A stretch of 63,928 bases of DNA, counting the filler, from Saprolegnia diclina VS20 (Eukaryota): NCBI RefSeq assembly GCF_000281045.1. It is 3 parts of 2 records of this genome, joined end to end, with 100 filler letters (N's around TTAATTAATTAA, not from the genome) between each part and the next. Parts side by side here need not be neighbours in the genome. Positions count along the whole stretch, not along the records: positions 18,883 to 40,009 come from NW_008246150.1; 2 more parts are not named here. One strand, given 5' to 3'. Shown piece after piece: positions 25,593-35,303 of the stretch. The stretch's first letter is position 1; each line of letters starts with the position of its first letter. Both the position numbers and the translations under genes were made by a program. The notes under the pieces were generated by a model that worked only from the letters and a program-made list of their open reading frames with translations, was not told the DNA's origin and made no database searches.

Positions 25593-25754
25593 AAAGTACT
25601 CGTTCCCGATGCCTGGTCCAACGCAATGGTTGCGTCGCTCGAGCTCAGTTGGCTGCGTGACAGAGCGGACTCGCATATACCAACGAGGAACTTGCACGAC
25701 CACAACTGCGCACCAACCTACCAACCGGATACAATACGCTCCTTGTTGAGGGAA

Positions 25755-28106
25755 TTAGGCGACCCGTTGGCGCTTGCGACGTTGTTCTCGAGTCATCAAG
25801 GCTTTCAGCTGGTCACGGTCGACGTCCGAGAGCATCGGCAGCGTCGCGAGCGTCGTAGTCGCAAGAATCTCAAAGGCGTCATCGAGGTCGGGAAACTTGG
25901 TCGGAAAGCGCAGTGTGACTTCATACAGCACTGCGCGGAGCTGGTCTGGGCGCTGGACGACAGCGGCCACCCACGCCGTCAAAAATGGAGCGAAGTTGAC
26001 GGCATCAAAGGCTGCCAAATACGCAAACGCGTCCAGCGCAATGCCCACGCCGACCGAGACACCGCTGAGGGCTTGGGCGTCGGGGCCATCGGCATAGTAG
26101 GCCAGCACAGGATCGTGGCTCGTAGCTGCCATGTCGGTCACCACATCGCCGCCCGATGTGGCCACGACCAGCAAGAGGCGGCTGCACTGCGCAATGAAAT
26201 CGGGCGTGCCAAGCGCTGGCCAGTCCCGCAAGAGCAAGAGGATCGCGGGGGCAATACGAAGATGCAGGATGCCAACCATGGACCCAGCGACCTCGAGCAA
26301 GCGGTCGCCGACGACACTGACGACCAGCAGCGACGTGAGGACGTCCACCGACATCCAGCACATGTCATTTGGCGGCACAAAGGCGTCCAAAACAACAGGC
26401 ACCCACGGCGCAGCGAGTGCATCGAGGCCTTGCTGGTACGCCATGGCCACGGCCGGGGCCAGCGCCCGCACCTTGGAGTACTGGACGCGGTTCAGCACTT
26501 TGCGAAAGTTCGTGGCCGGTCCGCGCATCGCTGCGATCGACGTCACAATGTCGTTGGGCAAGTGGCCATAAAACCACCGGTGCGTCACGGGCAGCCGGGC
26601 CACGTACGCGTCGAGCGCAAAGCTCAGCTCCAAAATGTCGCGTGGAATCGCGTGGAAGTAGCGCAGCGACGTGTCTTCGCCGTCGACGGCGGCCGCGCCA
26701 TCCACCAAGAGCGTGTAGGCTTCGACGACCCACTCCGAGATGCCGGGCGCCTTGACCGGAGCACAGATCGGGCGGATCGCGACTCCAGCGATGCTGGCCA
26801 CGAGGCGACACCCATTCGCAATGTGCACGTAGCGACTCGCCTTGACCCAGCGCTGGAGAAGCTTGGTGAGAATCGGCTCCATTGTCGACCAGCCAAAGAC
26901 GGCGACGTCCCGAGAGATCAAATGGCCCATGTTGTTCATCAGGGCCGCGTCGCCATTCATCGGCGTCTGGAAAACGAGCGTCAAGAATCGCTCGATCCAG
27001 TCGAGACGGTGCGCGTTCCCGAGGGCTGCGTAGACAGCGACAACGTCGTCACAGCGGCAGTTGAAGGCTTGACTCTCGGGACAGAGGCGCGTCATGACAG
27101 CCTCAAAGAGAGCCTCGACCGACGGCTGGCCAAAGAGGTCGATGGTATCGTCGTCGTCTGAGGCGGCTGCAAGCGAGCGTGCAATCGCCGAGAGATGGGC
27201 GATCTGCGCGCGATGATGCGTTGGCCAAAAAACAAAGCCGTAAGCAGGCTTGGAGCCGGTCGCAAACAGGCGGGCGTCGATCTTGCAGTAGTGAGGGTGG
27301 TGGGTCACTGCGTCGCACAACGTCGCACCGTCCGGGAGCGTCCACGCGGCCACGCGCGGAAGGTCCGCTTCGTTTGTCCAGTGCAGGTGAACGAGAAGTA
27401 CGTCGTACGCCTGCGTCGCCAGCAGCGCGGTGAGCATGGCCTTGTCGTGCGGGTGGAGGTCGCCGGACGCGACCGACAGGGTCGTGATCGTCTTGCACAG
27501 GACGTGGACCTTCGGCGATGGCCGAGAGGCGAGTGCGAGGAGCGCTGTGACGGCTGGAGCATTGACATTGCTGTTCTCATCGTCCAGCACGAGGTGGTAG
27601 ACAAGCCATGGCCGGCGCGTCGAGATACCGGCTGTCGCGCCGCAGAGCCAGACAGTGCAGCGCGCAGGTGTCTTGGCCGGCACGACAGGCAGCTCAACAC
27701 AGAGGAATCCAAACGTTCCCGGTGGCTGCGTCGGAGGCGCCCATGGCTTTTGCGGTCCGGACCGGCTCGCGCTGTAGTAGTAGGCGAGTTGCAGCGAGAA
27801 CGACCCGGACGGGGCAAACATCGTCTGGATCATATCGCGTACCTGGCCATGGAGCACGTCTGTCCAGGCTGGGTTGACAATGGAGATGCGGTCGCCTGGC
27901 ACCTGTGTCGCACAGGCGTGGCCGTCGCTGCCGGCGTCGCTCTCGGCTGGAAGCGCCAGCTTCGGATCGACCGGCGCGGCCAAGAAGAAGCTGTGACGCG
28001 GTCGGTCCAGCGTCCGAGGCTTGACGAGCGCGAGCGCGGCCTCGAAGCGCTGGACGTCGGTGAGCTCCACGCCGAGCGCCTGCGTCATCGCTCGGGTCCG
28101 GACCAT
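25755..28106 (-). CDS. 2OG-Fe(II) oxygenase-derived protein, copy C
   Basis: Intronless ORF with probable start MVRTRAM, chosen by alignment of FEAALALV with its paralogues. Motifs PPGTFGFLCVELP, LVYHL, FVFWPTHHR, IAGVAIRPIC. It ends RRKRQRVA*. Confidence 0.75.
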   Translation of the reverse strand: MVRTRAMTQALGVELTDVQRFEAALALVKPRTLDRPRHSFFLAAPVDPKLALPAESDAGSDGHACATQVPGDRISIVNPAWTDVLHGQVRDMIQTMFAPSGSFSLQLAYYYSASRSGPQKPWAPPTQPPGTFGFLCVELPVVPAKTPARCTVWLCGATAGISTRRPWLVYHLVLDDENSNVNAPAVTALLALASRPSPKVHVLCKTITTLSVASGDLHPHDKAMLTALLATQAYDVLLVHLHWTNEADLPRVAAWTLPDGATLCDAVTHHPHYCKIDARLFATGSKPAYGFVFWPTHHRAQIAHLSAIARSLAAASDDDDTIDLFGQPSVEALFEAVMTRLCPESQAFNCRCDDVVAVYAALGNAHRLDWIERFLTLVFQTPMNGDAALMNNMGHLISRDVAVFGWSTMEPILTKLLQRWVKASRYVHIANGCRLVASIAGVAIRPICAPVKAPGISEWVVEAYTLLVDGAAAVDGEDTSLRYFHAIPRDILELSFALDAYVARLPVTHRWFYGHLPNDIVTSIAAMRGPATNFRKVLNRVQYSKVRALAPAVAMAYQQGLDALAAPWVPVVLDAFVPPNDMCWMSVDVLTSLLVVSVVGDRLLEVAGSMVGILHLRIAPAILLLLRDWPALGTPDFIAQCSRLLLVVATSGGDVVTDMAATSHDPVLAYYADGPDAQALSGVSVGVGIALDAFAYLAAFDAVNFAPFLTAWVAAVVQRPDQLRAVLYEVTLRFPTKFPDLDDAFEILATTTLATLPMLSDVDRDQLKALMTREQRRKRQRVA

Positions 28107-28934
28107 CGCCAACGTTGGGATCTGACCAAGATGCACTCCGGATACAAATACCTCGCATCCGGTTAAATTCACAGAACAATCCGGATACCCAACGCTGGCC
28201 ATCTCGGTCGGTGCTTGCTTCTTGCTTCGTTGGCTCGCTGCTTGGTACGAGGCCGATAGCATGCACATAGGAAGCCACAGACGCTAGGAGAGAGCTGTGC
28301 GCTTCGTCGTCCGGGTAGAACCGCTGGGAGATGCGAGTGCGTTGACTCATTTTAGGACCAGCACGGTTGCATGACATATTCTCCACGCTGTTAGGTTTAC
28401 AGTCTACGCCATGTACAATGCAGTGTACTCGGTATATTAGCGTCAGAGTACTAGCTTGCATCGCGCAGTACTACGCCTGCCGTGACCACTGTTCACTCAT
28501 ACTGGGTCCTGAGCCTGCCACGTCATGGGTTCGTGACCAATCATGATGCCACGTCATCCGCAGCTCGAGCTGGTCGAGAGGCGAGAGCGCATCTCACGGA
28601 AGCACTGCGGGACTGTTGCACACTAATGACAAGAACCAACCATTGCAACGTCCATGGGACAAGATTCTCGTAGGTAAGAAGGGACGTCTAGCTCCACTTG
28701 CCCTCGCTTCGACCCTTGGGGTTAGACCTGTAGCGCGTCCCTAGTGTCATTACGAGTTTGATATCAACCATGTAGCAGGCTGTATGAAGCAGGTTTCGCC
28801 AACCGTCACATTCATTGCTCAGTCCTTGTGCTCGCGTCATTGTCTTCCTGCGGTTGATTGACATTTCCGTACATTTGTTCTCGGGTTACGCCGATTCGAA
28901 AACTCTATTTCATGCATTTTACAGTCTCATAGCG

Positions 28935-31226
28935 CTACTCGACGCGTGCACGCTTGCGCGCTGAGATTTCAGCTGCATCGAGGAGCTCTTGCAGCCGTTG
29001 CCGACGGGCCCTATCGTCGTCAGCAACGTCGGGCAACGCATGAAGCGTCGTCGTTGCGAGCGCGAGGAACCCCTCCATCTCGTGAGGAAACCGGTCATAG
29101 AAGCGGACGACGACGTCCAAGACAAGCGTGTGCTCGAGCTGCAGCCCACTTGCGACCCACGCCGTGCCAAACCGCAGCAAGTTTGTCGGGTCAAACATAA
29201 CGAAAAACGCAAAGGCGTCCAGCCACAACGTGACGTCGATCGGAGCGTCCATTGCATCGTCCAGCGTTGCGGCGTAGTAGTCACGGACCGTATCGTCGTC
29301 TCTGGCAGGCCGACGCGCGCGGTCAACGTCGGACGCCAGCGCAAGCAGCAAACTGGAGCACGGAGCCAGGACATCGGGTGGCGCTGGCGTGGGAAGGGAC
29401 TGAAGAAACAAAAGCACGGAAGGCACCACGTACAGAAGTCGCTCGCTCGCCATGAGATCGAGAGCCGAGTCGAAGAGACCTGCGATCGCAGCGACGCCGA
29501 GGATACTGGCGCGCACGTCGACGCTCAGATCGTATCCCAGAACGTGCAGGACGCGGTGCGCGTACGCGCGCAGCACCGTCTCGATCCATTCGGCCGCGGG
29601 CAAGTGAAAGCCTTGGCGATACACGGCGAGCAGCGTCGGCGCCAAAAGCGTCAGCTCCGAGAGCTCCGACACGATTGCTTCGAGGTCAAATGTCGGCCCA
29701 CGGAAGGACGCAATCGCATGCACAATGTCGGGAGGCGCTGAGCCAAAGAACCATCGGTGGGTCACCTCGAGGTGCGTGACGAACGCGTGGAGCTGAAAGC
29801 TGTGCGTCAAGACGCAGCGTGCGGCCGCAGCGTCGCTCTTCAGATCGCCTTGTGCAATGGCGCTTTGGGCGGCGGCGGCGAGGTCTGTGTACGCGTCGAC
29901 GACCCACTCGTGGAAGCTCGGTGCGTCCATATTCATATGCACCGGGTCGTTCGAGACGCCCGCGAGGTTTGCGACGAGGCGGTAGCTGCACGCAAGGCGC
30001 CAATTCGTCGGCGACGTTGTCCAGCGCTCGAGTAGCCGAGAGAGCATTGGGCCCATGATCGACCAGCCAAAGGTAGCAATGTCGCGCGCCAAGAGATGAC
30101 ACATCGCCGTCAGCTCTTCGTTGCGCACTGGCGCGTCGTACACGTCGCAGAGAAAGCGCTCGATCCACTCAAGGTGCTGGCCGTCGCTCAGCGCGGTGTA
30201 GAACGACGTGACGCTGCGGCCAAAGCTGTCTTGCGTCATCTCGCGCGGATCTTGAAAGCGCGGCAAGACCATCTCGAGTAGCCCGTCGACACTGGTTTGG
30301 CCAAAGGCGGTACCGCCGCTTCGAATAACATCGCCAAGTGCGGAGAGCGGTGCTACGTATGCGCGGTGGCTCTTGGCCCAGAACACAAGGCCGCACGCAC
30401 TGCGCCCGGCGGTCGCTTGGATGCGGCCTTGCAGCACGCACGCCTGCGGCGCCGACAAGATCGCGTCGGGCACGTCGGCGCTGTCCGAGGCGACGCACCA
30501 TGAAGTCACTGTCGGGTAGTTTTTGGACCGCGACCACTCGAGGTTGGCCAAGAGCACGTCGTACATGGTCGACGTCAGGAGAACGGACGTGATGGCGGCG
30601 TCGCGCGGGTGCAGCTCGTCGCGGTCGACATCCGGGTTGGTCAGCACCTTGTAAAAGTTGAACTGCGTTGGCGACGGGCGAGAGGCCAACGCACGGACGC
30701 CTGCGATGGCCTCGACGTTGCGCACATCTGGGCCGTCCAAGACGAGGTCGTACACGAGGACCGGCGACGCGCCGATTTCGATCGGGAGGTTTGTGCCCGC
30801 GAGCCAAATGGCGCAGCGTGCGGCGGTCGTTTCTGGAAACAGAGGCAGCTCGATGCAGAGCGTCCCAAAGGCGCCACGTGGGCGCGGCCAGCGGCGGAGG
30901 CTCGTCGCGTAGTAGGCAAGCGCGATCGTGAACGGGCTCGAGGGCGCGAACGTCGTTCGGATCGTCTTGCGCACGTGGGCGTGCACCTCGGCGTCCCACG
31001 CCGGGTTACCAATGCGCACATGCTGGCCTGGCACGACGGTCGCCGACGCTGCGTCGACGGCAGACAGGTCGTTCGCCGGGAGTTCCAAGCACGGATCGAT
31101 CGGCGCCGAGAAGAGGAAGACGCGTGGCAGCGCGTTCGAGACGCGGAGGCGGACGCGCGCCAGCACGTCCTCGTAGCGCGAGACGTCGGTGGGCGCGGCC
31201 GGGCGCAGCCGGACCCGTGTGGCCAT
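28935..31226 (-). CDS. 2OG-Fe(II) oxygenase-derived protein, copy D
   Basis: Intronless ORF with probable start MATRVRL. Motifs GAFGTLCIELP, LVYDL, LVFWAKSHR, LAGVSNDP. It ends ARKRARVE*. Confidence 0.75.
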   Translation of the reverse strand: MATRVRLRPAAPTDVSRYEDVLARVRLRVSNALPRVFLFSAPIDPCLELPANDLSAVDAASATVVPGQHVRIGNPAWDAEVHAHVRKTIRTTFAPSSPFTIALAYYATSLRRWPRPRGAFGTLCIELPLFPETTAARCAIWLAGTNLPIEIGASPVLVYDLVLDGPDVRNVEAIAGVRALASRPSPTQFNFYKVLTNPDVDRDELHPRDAAITSVLLTSTMYDVLLANLEWSRSKNYPTVTSWCVASDSADVPDAILSAPQACVLQGRIQATAGRSACGLVFWAKSHRAYVAPLSALGDVIRSGGTAFGQTSVDGLLEMVLPRFQDPREMTQDSFGRSVTSFYTALSDGQHLEWIERFLCDVYDAPVRNEELTAMCHLLARDIATFGWSIMGPMLSRLLERWTTSPTNWRLACSYRLVANLAGVSNDPVHMNMDAPSFHEWVVDAYTDLAAAAQSAIAQGDLKSDAAAARCVLTHSFQLHAFVTHLEVTHRWFFGSAPPDIVHAIASFRGPTFDLEAIVSELSELTLLAPTLLAVYRQGFHLPAAEWIETVLRAYAHRVLHVLGYDLSVDVRASILGVAAIAGLFDSALDLMASERLLYVVPSVLLFLQSLPTPAPPDVLAPCSSLLLALASDVDRARRPARDDDTVRDYYAATLDDAMDAPIDVTLWLDAFAFFVMFDPTNLLRFGTAWVASGLQLEHTLVLDVVVRFYDRFPHEMEGFLALATTTLHALPDVADDDRARRQRLQELLDAAEISARKRARVE

Positions 31227-31671
31227 CCCAAATGGAAATAGAGCACCGCTACCTGATTGGTTCGTTGGAGATTCAAATGCGCTGTGATTCGTCAAAATAT
31301 AAACAGTCGTGATTGGCTAAAAGGCAAAAGATTTCGATGCAAGACCGTCCAATCAGCAACGATGCCAGTCAAAACGAAGGTTCAGCGAACACTCTGCGAC
31401 CTGCCGCACTGTGCACAGAGTGTCTTGCATAGTGACGACGATGCAATGGCTCTGAGACCTCTGTGGCCTGTGAGCCTGTACAGAGCCTATCAAAAGCATT
31501 GCGCTCGTACACTCCCAGCCCTAGTAAGGGTGTTCATGTCCTCGGAGACTCCTACACTAGTCCAGTCGTAGGTTGAAGGTACCGCAAAGCTTCGCACATT
31601 GCCAAGACCAACACGCAAAAATCATTTCTTCCATAAGCCTCAGAGCACTCTTGGCCAACGACACCATGCGC

Positions 31672-34440
31672 TCAGCCTCGGTGGCGCGCAAGGAGCTCCG
31701 AGACGGCGCGGACACGACCCAGCTCGGCGTCGACCGTCTTGCGGCGCTTCAGTCGCTCCTTGAGCTCGACGAGCGGGAGCTGTCCGTCTTGGCGGATCTT
31801 GCCCACGAGCCGGCAGCTCTGCCAGTCGCTGTGTTCGAGCGGCAGGATCGCCAAGGCCGTGGGATGCGCGCGCATGATGCGCTTGGCCGTCAAGCAGAGC
31901 TCGCCCCAGTACTCGTCGACGAGTGGGTCGCGCAGAAACTTGAAAAACGACGCGCACGGCGCATCGCAGCAGCCTTTCGCCGGTACGAGCGCCGGCAGGG
32001 CATAGTCGAGCAGCACTGCGCCATCATCCTCGTCCGTCGGCGATGGCAGCGCGTGCAACGTCGCTTCGGCCAGCGTCACAAACACATCCGTATGGCCTTG
32101 GACGTGGTCGCAGAAGCGCAGGACGACGTGGTAGAGCGTCGTCCGCACGCTCTTGGGCCGACGGAGCTGCATCGGCAGCCACGATGCCGCAAACGTCGAC
32201 AAGAAGGTCGGTGCAAAAGCCGCCAAGAACGAAAATGCGTCCAAGGCGACCCAGACGCGGACATGGGTGCCCGTGCGGTCGGCCGCCGACAGTCCAGTAA
32301 AGTAGTACTGGTTGAGTTGGATCGCGAGCGGGTTGGTGAACGCTTCGATGGCGTACTCGTCCATATACAGCGCCGTGTTGTGCTTGTTGTCGGCAAAGAC
32401 ATACCCCGCACGGTCGTCGGTCGCAAACGACAGCAGGTATGCAGCCGCTTCCTCGGCCATCCACGGCGCGGCCTGCGCCGGCCATTTGCGAAAGAACGCG
32501 ACGAGCGCCGGCGCGATCGCGAGGCGCCACCGGTCGGCGATCGTATCGAGCACATCGAGGAAGCGGTCGTTGAGGGCCGTGATGGCAAAGAGACACGCAA
32601 TCACGCGCACCGAGAGACTGCTGTCGTCGCCGTGGTCGCCCGCATCAAACGCGTCGGCAATAACGTCGGCGTACGGCGCGACGACGTCGACATGGCCTTG
32701 CTGAAGAAGAACGCCCAGCGCCGGTGCCACGTCATGGATGGGCGAGACCGCGCCCGTCGTGAGCCAATCATCGAGCGAGTACCGTGGACCACGAAACAAA
32801 GCGATTTTGGCGACAACAACGTCCGGCAGCGACCGGTAGAGATGGCGGCCGTGGAGCGAACTCGTGGCTACGTACGCTTGCAACTGGAGGTGGTGTTTGA
32901 TGAGCGGCGTCGCGGCCGCCTTGATGTCGTCGGCGTCGCACGCGACAAACGCGCCGTCGGCCAAGTACGTCCATGCATCCACGATCCAGTCGGTGATGCC
33001 AACGGCCGTCACCGCGTCACACACCGGGTCATCGGCGACCCCGGCGAGGCTTGCAACGAGGCGGTAGCCGTGGGCGGCGTCGGTACTCGACGTGATCGCC
33101 CAGCGCCCGACCATCGTGAGCAGCGGCGGCGCCATCGCTGGCCAGCCAAAAACGCGAATGTCCCGGACAAGGAGAGGGCCCATGCCGACGAGGAGCTCGC
33201 TCGTGGGGCGGCAGAGCGTCGTGAGGAAGTACGACAGGATGCGGAGACGTCCACGGAGGCCAAGGGCTGTGTACATGTTGATGACGTCACTTGACGTCGG
33301 AACGTCGGCGAACCGCGGCAGGACAATGTCGATGAGGTCGTCGACCGAGTTGTACCCATAGAGCTCGGTGGCGGTCCCGAGGCTTGCGTCGAGAATCGCT
33401 CGGCTCAAGACGGCGAGACTCATCTTGTGGACGCGGTACGCCTTGGGCCAGAACACGAGGCTGCACTCGGGCGACTCGTCGGTCGCAAAGAGGTGGCCTT
33501 GGATGACGAGGCTCTCGATGCAGTCGTCCATCGCAGCGTCAATCTCGGTGCCATGCGGCGGCACGTACGATGCGATACCAGACGTGAACGCCCCGTCGTC
33601 GGCTTCTTCGTGCTCGACAAGGATCACGTCGTAGGCCTTGGACGTGAGGAGCGCAGTCAGCGTCGCTCTATCGAGCGGCGCAAGGTTGTTCGAGCAAATC
33701 GATGCGTTCGTGAGCGCTTTTGCAAAGACGTGCATCTTGGGCGACGGCCGCGTCGCGAGTGTCGCCAGCGCGTCGGCCGTGTCCTGGATGAGCTTCGTCG
33801 GGCCATCGCGGATCAGATGGTACACAAGCACAGCGCGCTGACCTAATGATACCTTGGGCACGACGATAGGCGTATTGGGCAGGAAGACGACGCAGCGCGC
33901 CTGGGTCAATGGCGGCGTCTCGTACCACGGCGTGTTGTCGTCGCCAAAGGTTGGTGGCCCGCCTTCGTGCCACGCCGGCAGCGCAATGCAGAGCGTCGCA
34001 AACGTCCCGGGCGGGCGCGACGCTGGCACAAGGCTCTCGCGGCTACCGGCGGCGTCGACCGCCAAGTGCGCCAGCTGCAACGAAAACGAGCCAGACGACA
34101 AGAACGCGCCTTGCACCGTCTCTCGAACATGGCCTTCAAGCTCGTCGCGCCACGCGGGATCCTCGAGGGAGAGGCGGCTCGCAGGCACAAGGCCGAGGAG
34201 AAAGCCGTCGCCGAACGTCGAGATGATGTGGTTGGCCTCGTCCGTGCCGAGTGGCCAGGCGAGCTCCTCGTCGGCATTGATACGCAGAAGCGGCTCCATG
34301 TGCATGGAGAGGTCGAACATGAGGAAGGGCGTGCTGAGGACGCGCGGCTGGAGGCGCGCCAGTGTGTCCTCGTAGAGCTTGACGTCGCCGACGCTGGGCT
34401 TGGTCGCTGCCTTCTTGCCACCACGCCGCTTCTTCGCCAT
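31672..34440 (-). CDS. 2OG-Fe(II) oxygenase-derived protein, copy E (longest, keeps the C-terminal Cys motif)
   Basis: 922-aa ORF with PPGTFATLCIALPAWHEGG...VSLGQRAVLVYHL and a C-terminal CCDAPCASFFKFLRDP motif. Confidence 0.8.
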   Translation of the reverse strand: MAKKRRGGKKAATKPSVGDVKLYEDTLARLQPRVLSTPFLMFDLSMHMEPLLRINADEELAWPLGTDEANHIISTFGDGFLLGLVPASRLSLEDPAWRDELEGHVRETVQGAFLSSGSFSLQLAHLAVDAAGSRESLVPASRPPGTFATLCIALPAWHEGGPPTFGDDNTPWYETPPLTQARCVVFLPNTPIVVPKVSLGQRAVLVYHLIRDGPTKLIQDTADALATLATRPSPKMHVFAKALTNASICSNNLAPLDRATLTALLTSKAYDVILVEHEEADDGAFTSGIASYVPPHGTEIDAAMDDCIESLVIQGHLFATDESPECSLVFWPKAYRVHKMSLAVLSRAILDASLGTATELYGYNSVDDLIDIVLPRFADVPTSSDVINMYTALGLRGRLRILSYFLTTLCRPTSELLVGMGPLLVRDIRVFGWPAMAPPLLTMVGRWAITSSTDAAHGYRLVASLAGVADDPVCDAVTAVGITDWIVDAWTYLADGAFVACDADDIKAAATPLIKHHLQLQAYVATSSLHGRHLYRSLPDVVVAKIALFRGPRYSLDDWLTTGAVSPIHDVAPALGVLLQQGHVDVVAPYADVIADAFDAGDHGDDSSLSVRVIACLFAITALNDRFLDVLDTIADRWRLAIAPALVAFFRKWPAQAAPWMAEEAAAYLLSFATDDRAGYVFADNKHNTALYMDEYAIEAFTNPLAIQLNQYYFTGLSAADRTGTHVRVWVALDAFSFLAAFAPTFLSTFAASWLPMQLRRPKSVRTTLYHVVLRFCDHVQGHTDVFVTLAEATLHALPSPTDEDDGAVLLDYALPALVPAKGCCDAPCASFFKFLRDPLVDEYWGELCLTAKRIMRAHPTALAILPLEHSDWQSCRLVGKIRQDGQLPLVELKERLKRRKTVDAELGRVRAVSELLARHRG

Positions 34441-35303
34441 CGCTCAAAATTTAGCTTGCCACGTATCCGGTCGCCAAAGCATCCGGATACGGCGGTTCGG
34501 ATGGCGCTCTTTGCCAAGGATGATCGCGAACTACCCCAACCCCAAGCGCTCTGCAGCATCGCATGAGCGCCAGAAGAGGTAAGTATATATATATCAACGT
34601 TATCTTCGTGCATAGACTTGGCATACGTAAAGACTAGCATTCTCCTTCTTCTTCATTAGAGCCAAATATATAGTGAAAAATCACTGTGATTAGACTTGGA
34701 TGATGATCAACTAACCACCGAAGTAGAGGCGGAGTCGCTTTGGCGGTGGCAGTTCGTCGTCTGGATTGGTGGTCAACTGCGTTTCGTCGGCGATGGCTGC
34801 AGTGATCTTGTCGACGGTCCTCGCTGGCCAGACGCATCTCCTCGGTTGACGTCGGTGCATGGAGGTTGTCCCGAGGAGCACCTTTGTACGGGGTGGAGTT
34901 GACGACGTGGAAGCAATTGGGATTCCTTTCTAGGAAACCGTTTGAACAACCAACCCAGGGTCCGAAACCGTCCGAAGCCCCGGAAAGGAGGGGGACCGTG
35001 CCCACGCACACTCAAGAGCAACACTACACAGTCAAAAGCGACAGCTAAAACAAACAAAAGCGACAAGCCCAAAGCCAAAGCCTTGCGTCGACAACGACAA
35101 TGGCCCGAGGACGATAACCGCAACCGGGAGGCTCCCCAGCAGTAGCAGAAGGACAATCCACCTCAAGTTCACGCAGCCTCAGCTGCCGCACCGACACCAA
35201 CACAAAAATAAAAATCAAGAGAGCCACAATCACAACCACAACCCAAATCAACACGAACCCAGTACGACTAGAACGAGAATGAGAAATAGAAAAAAAAAAA
35301 ACG

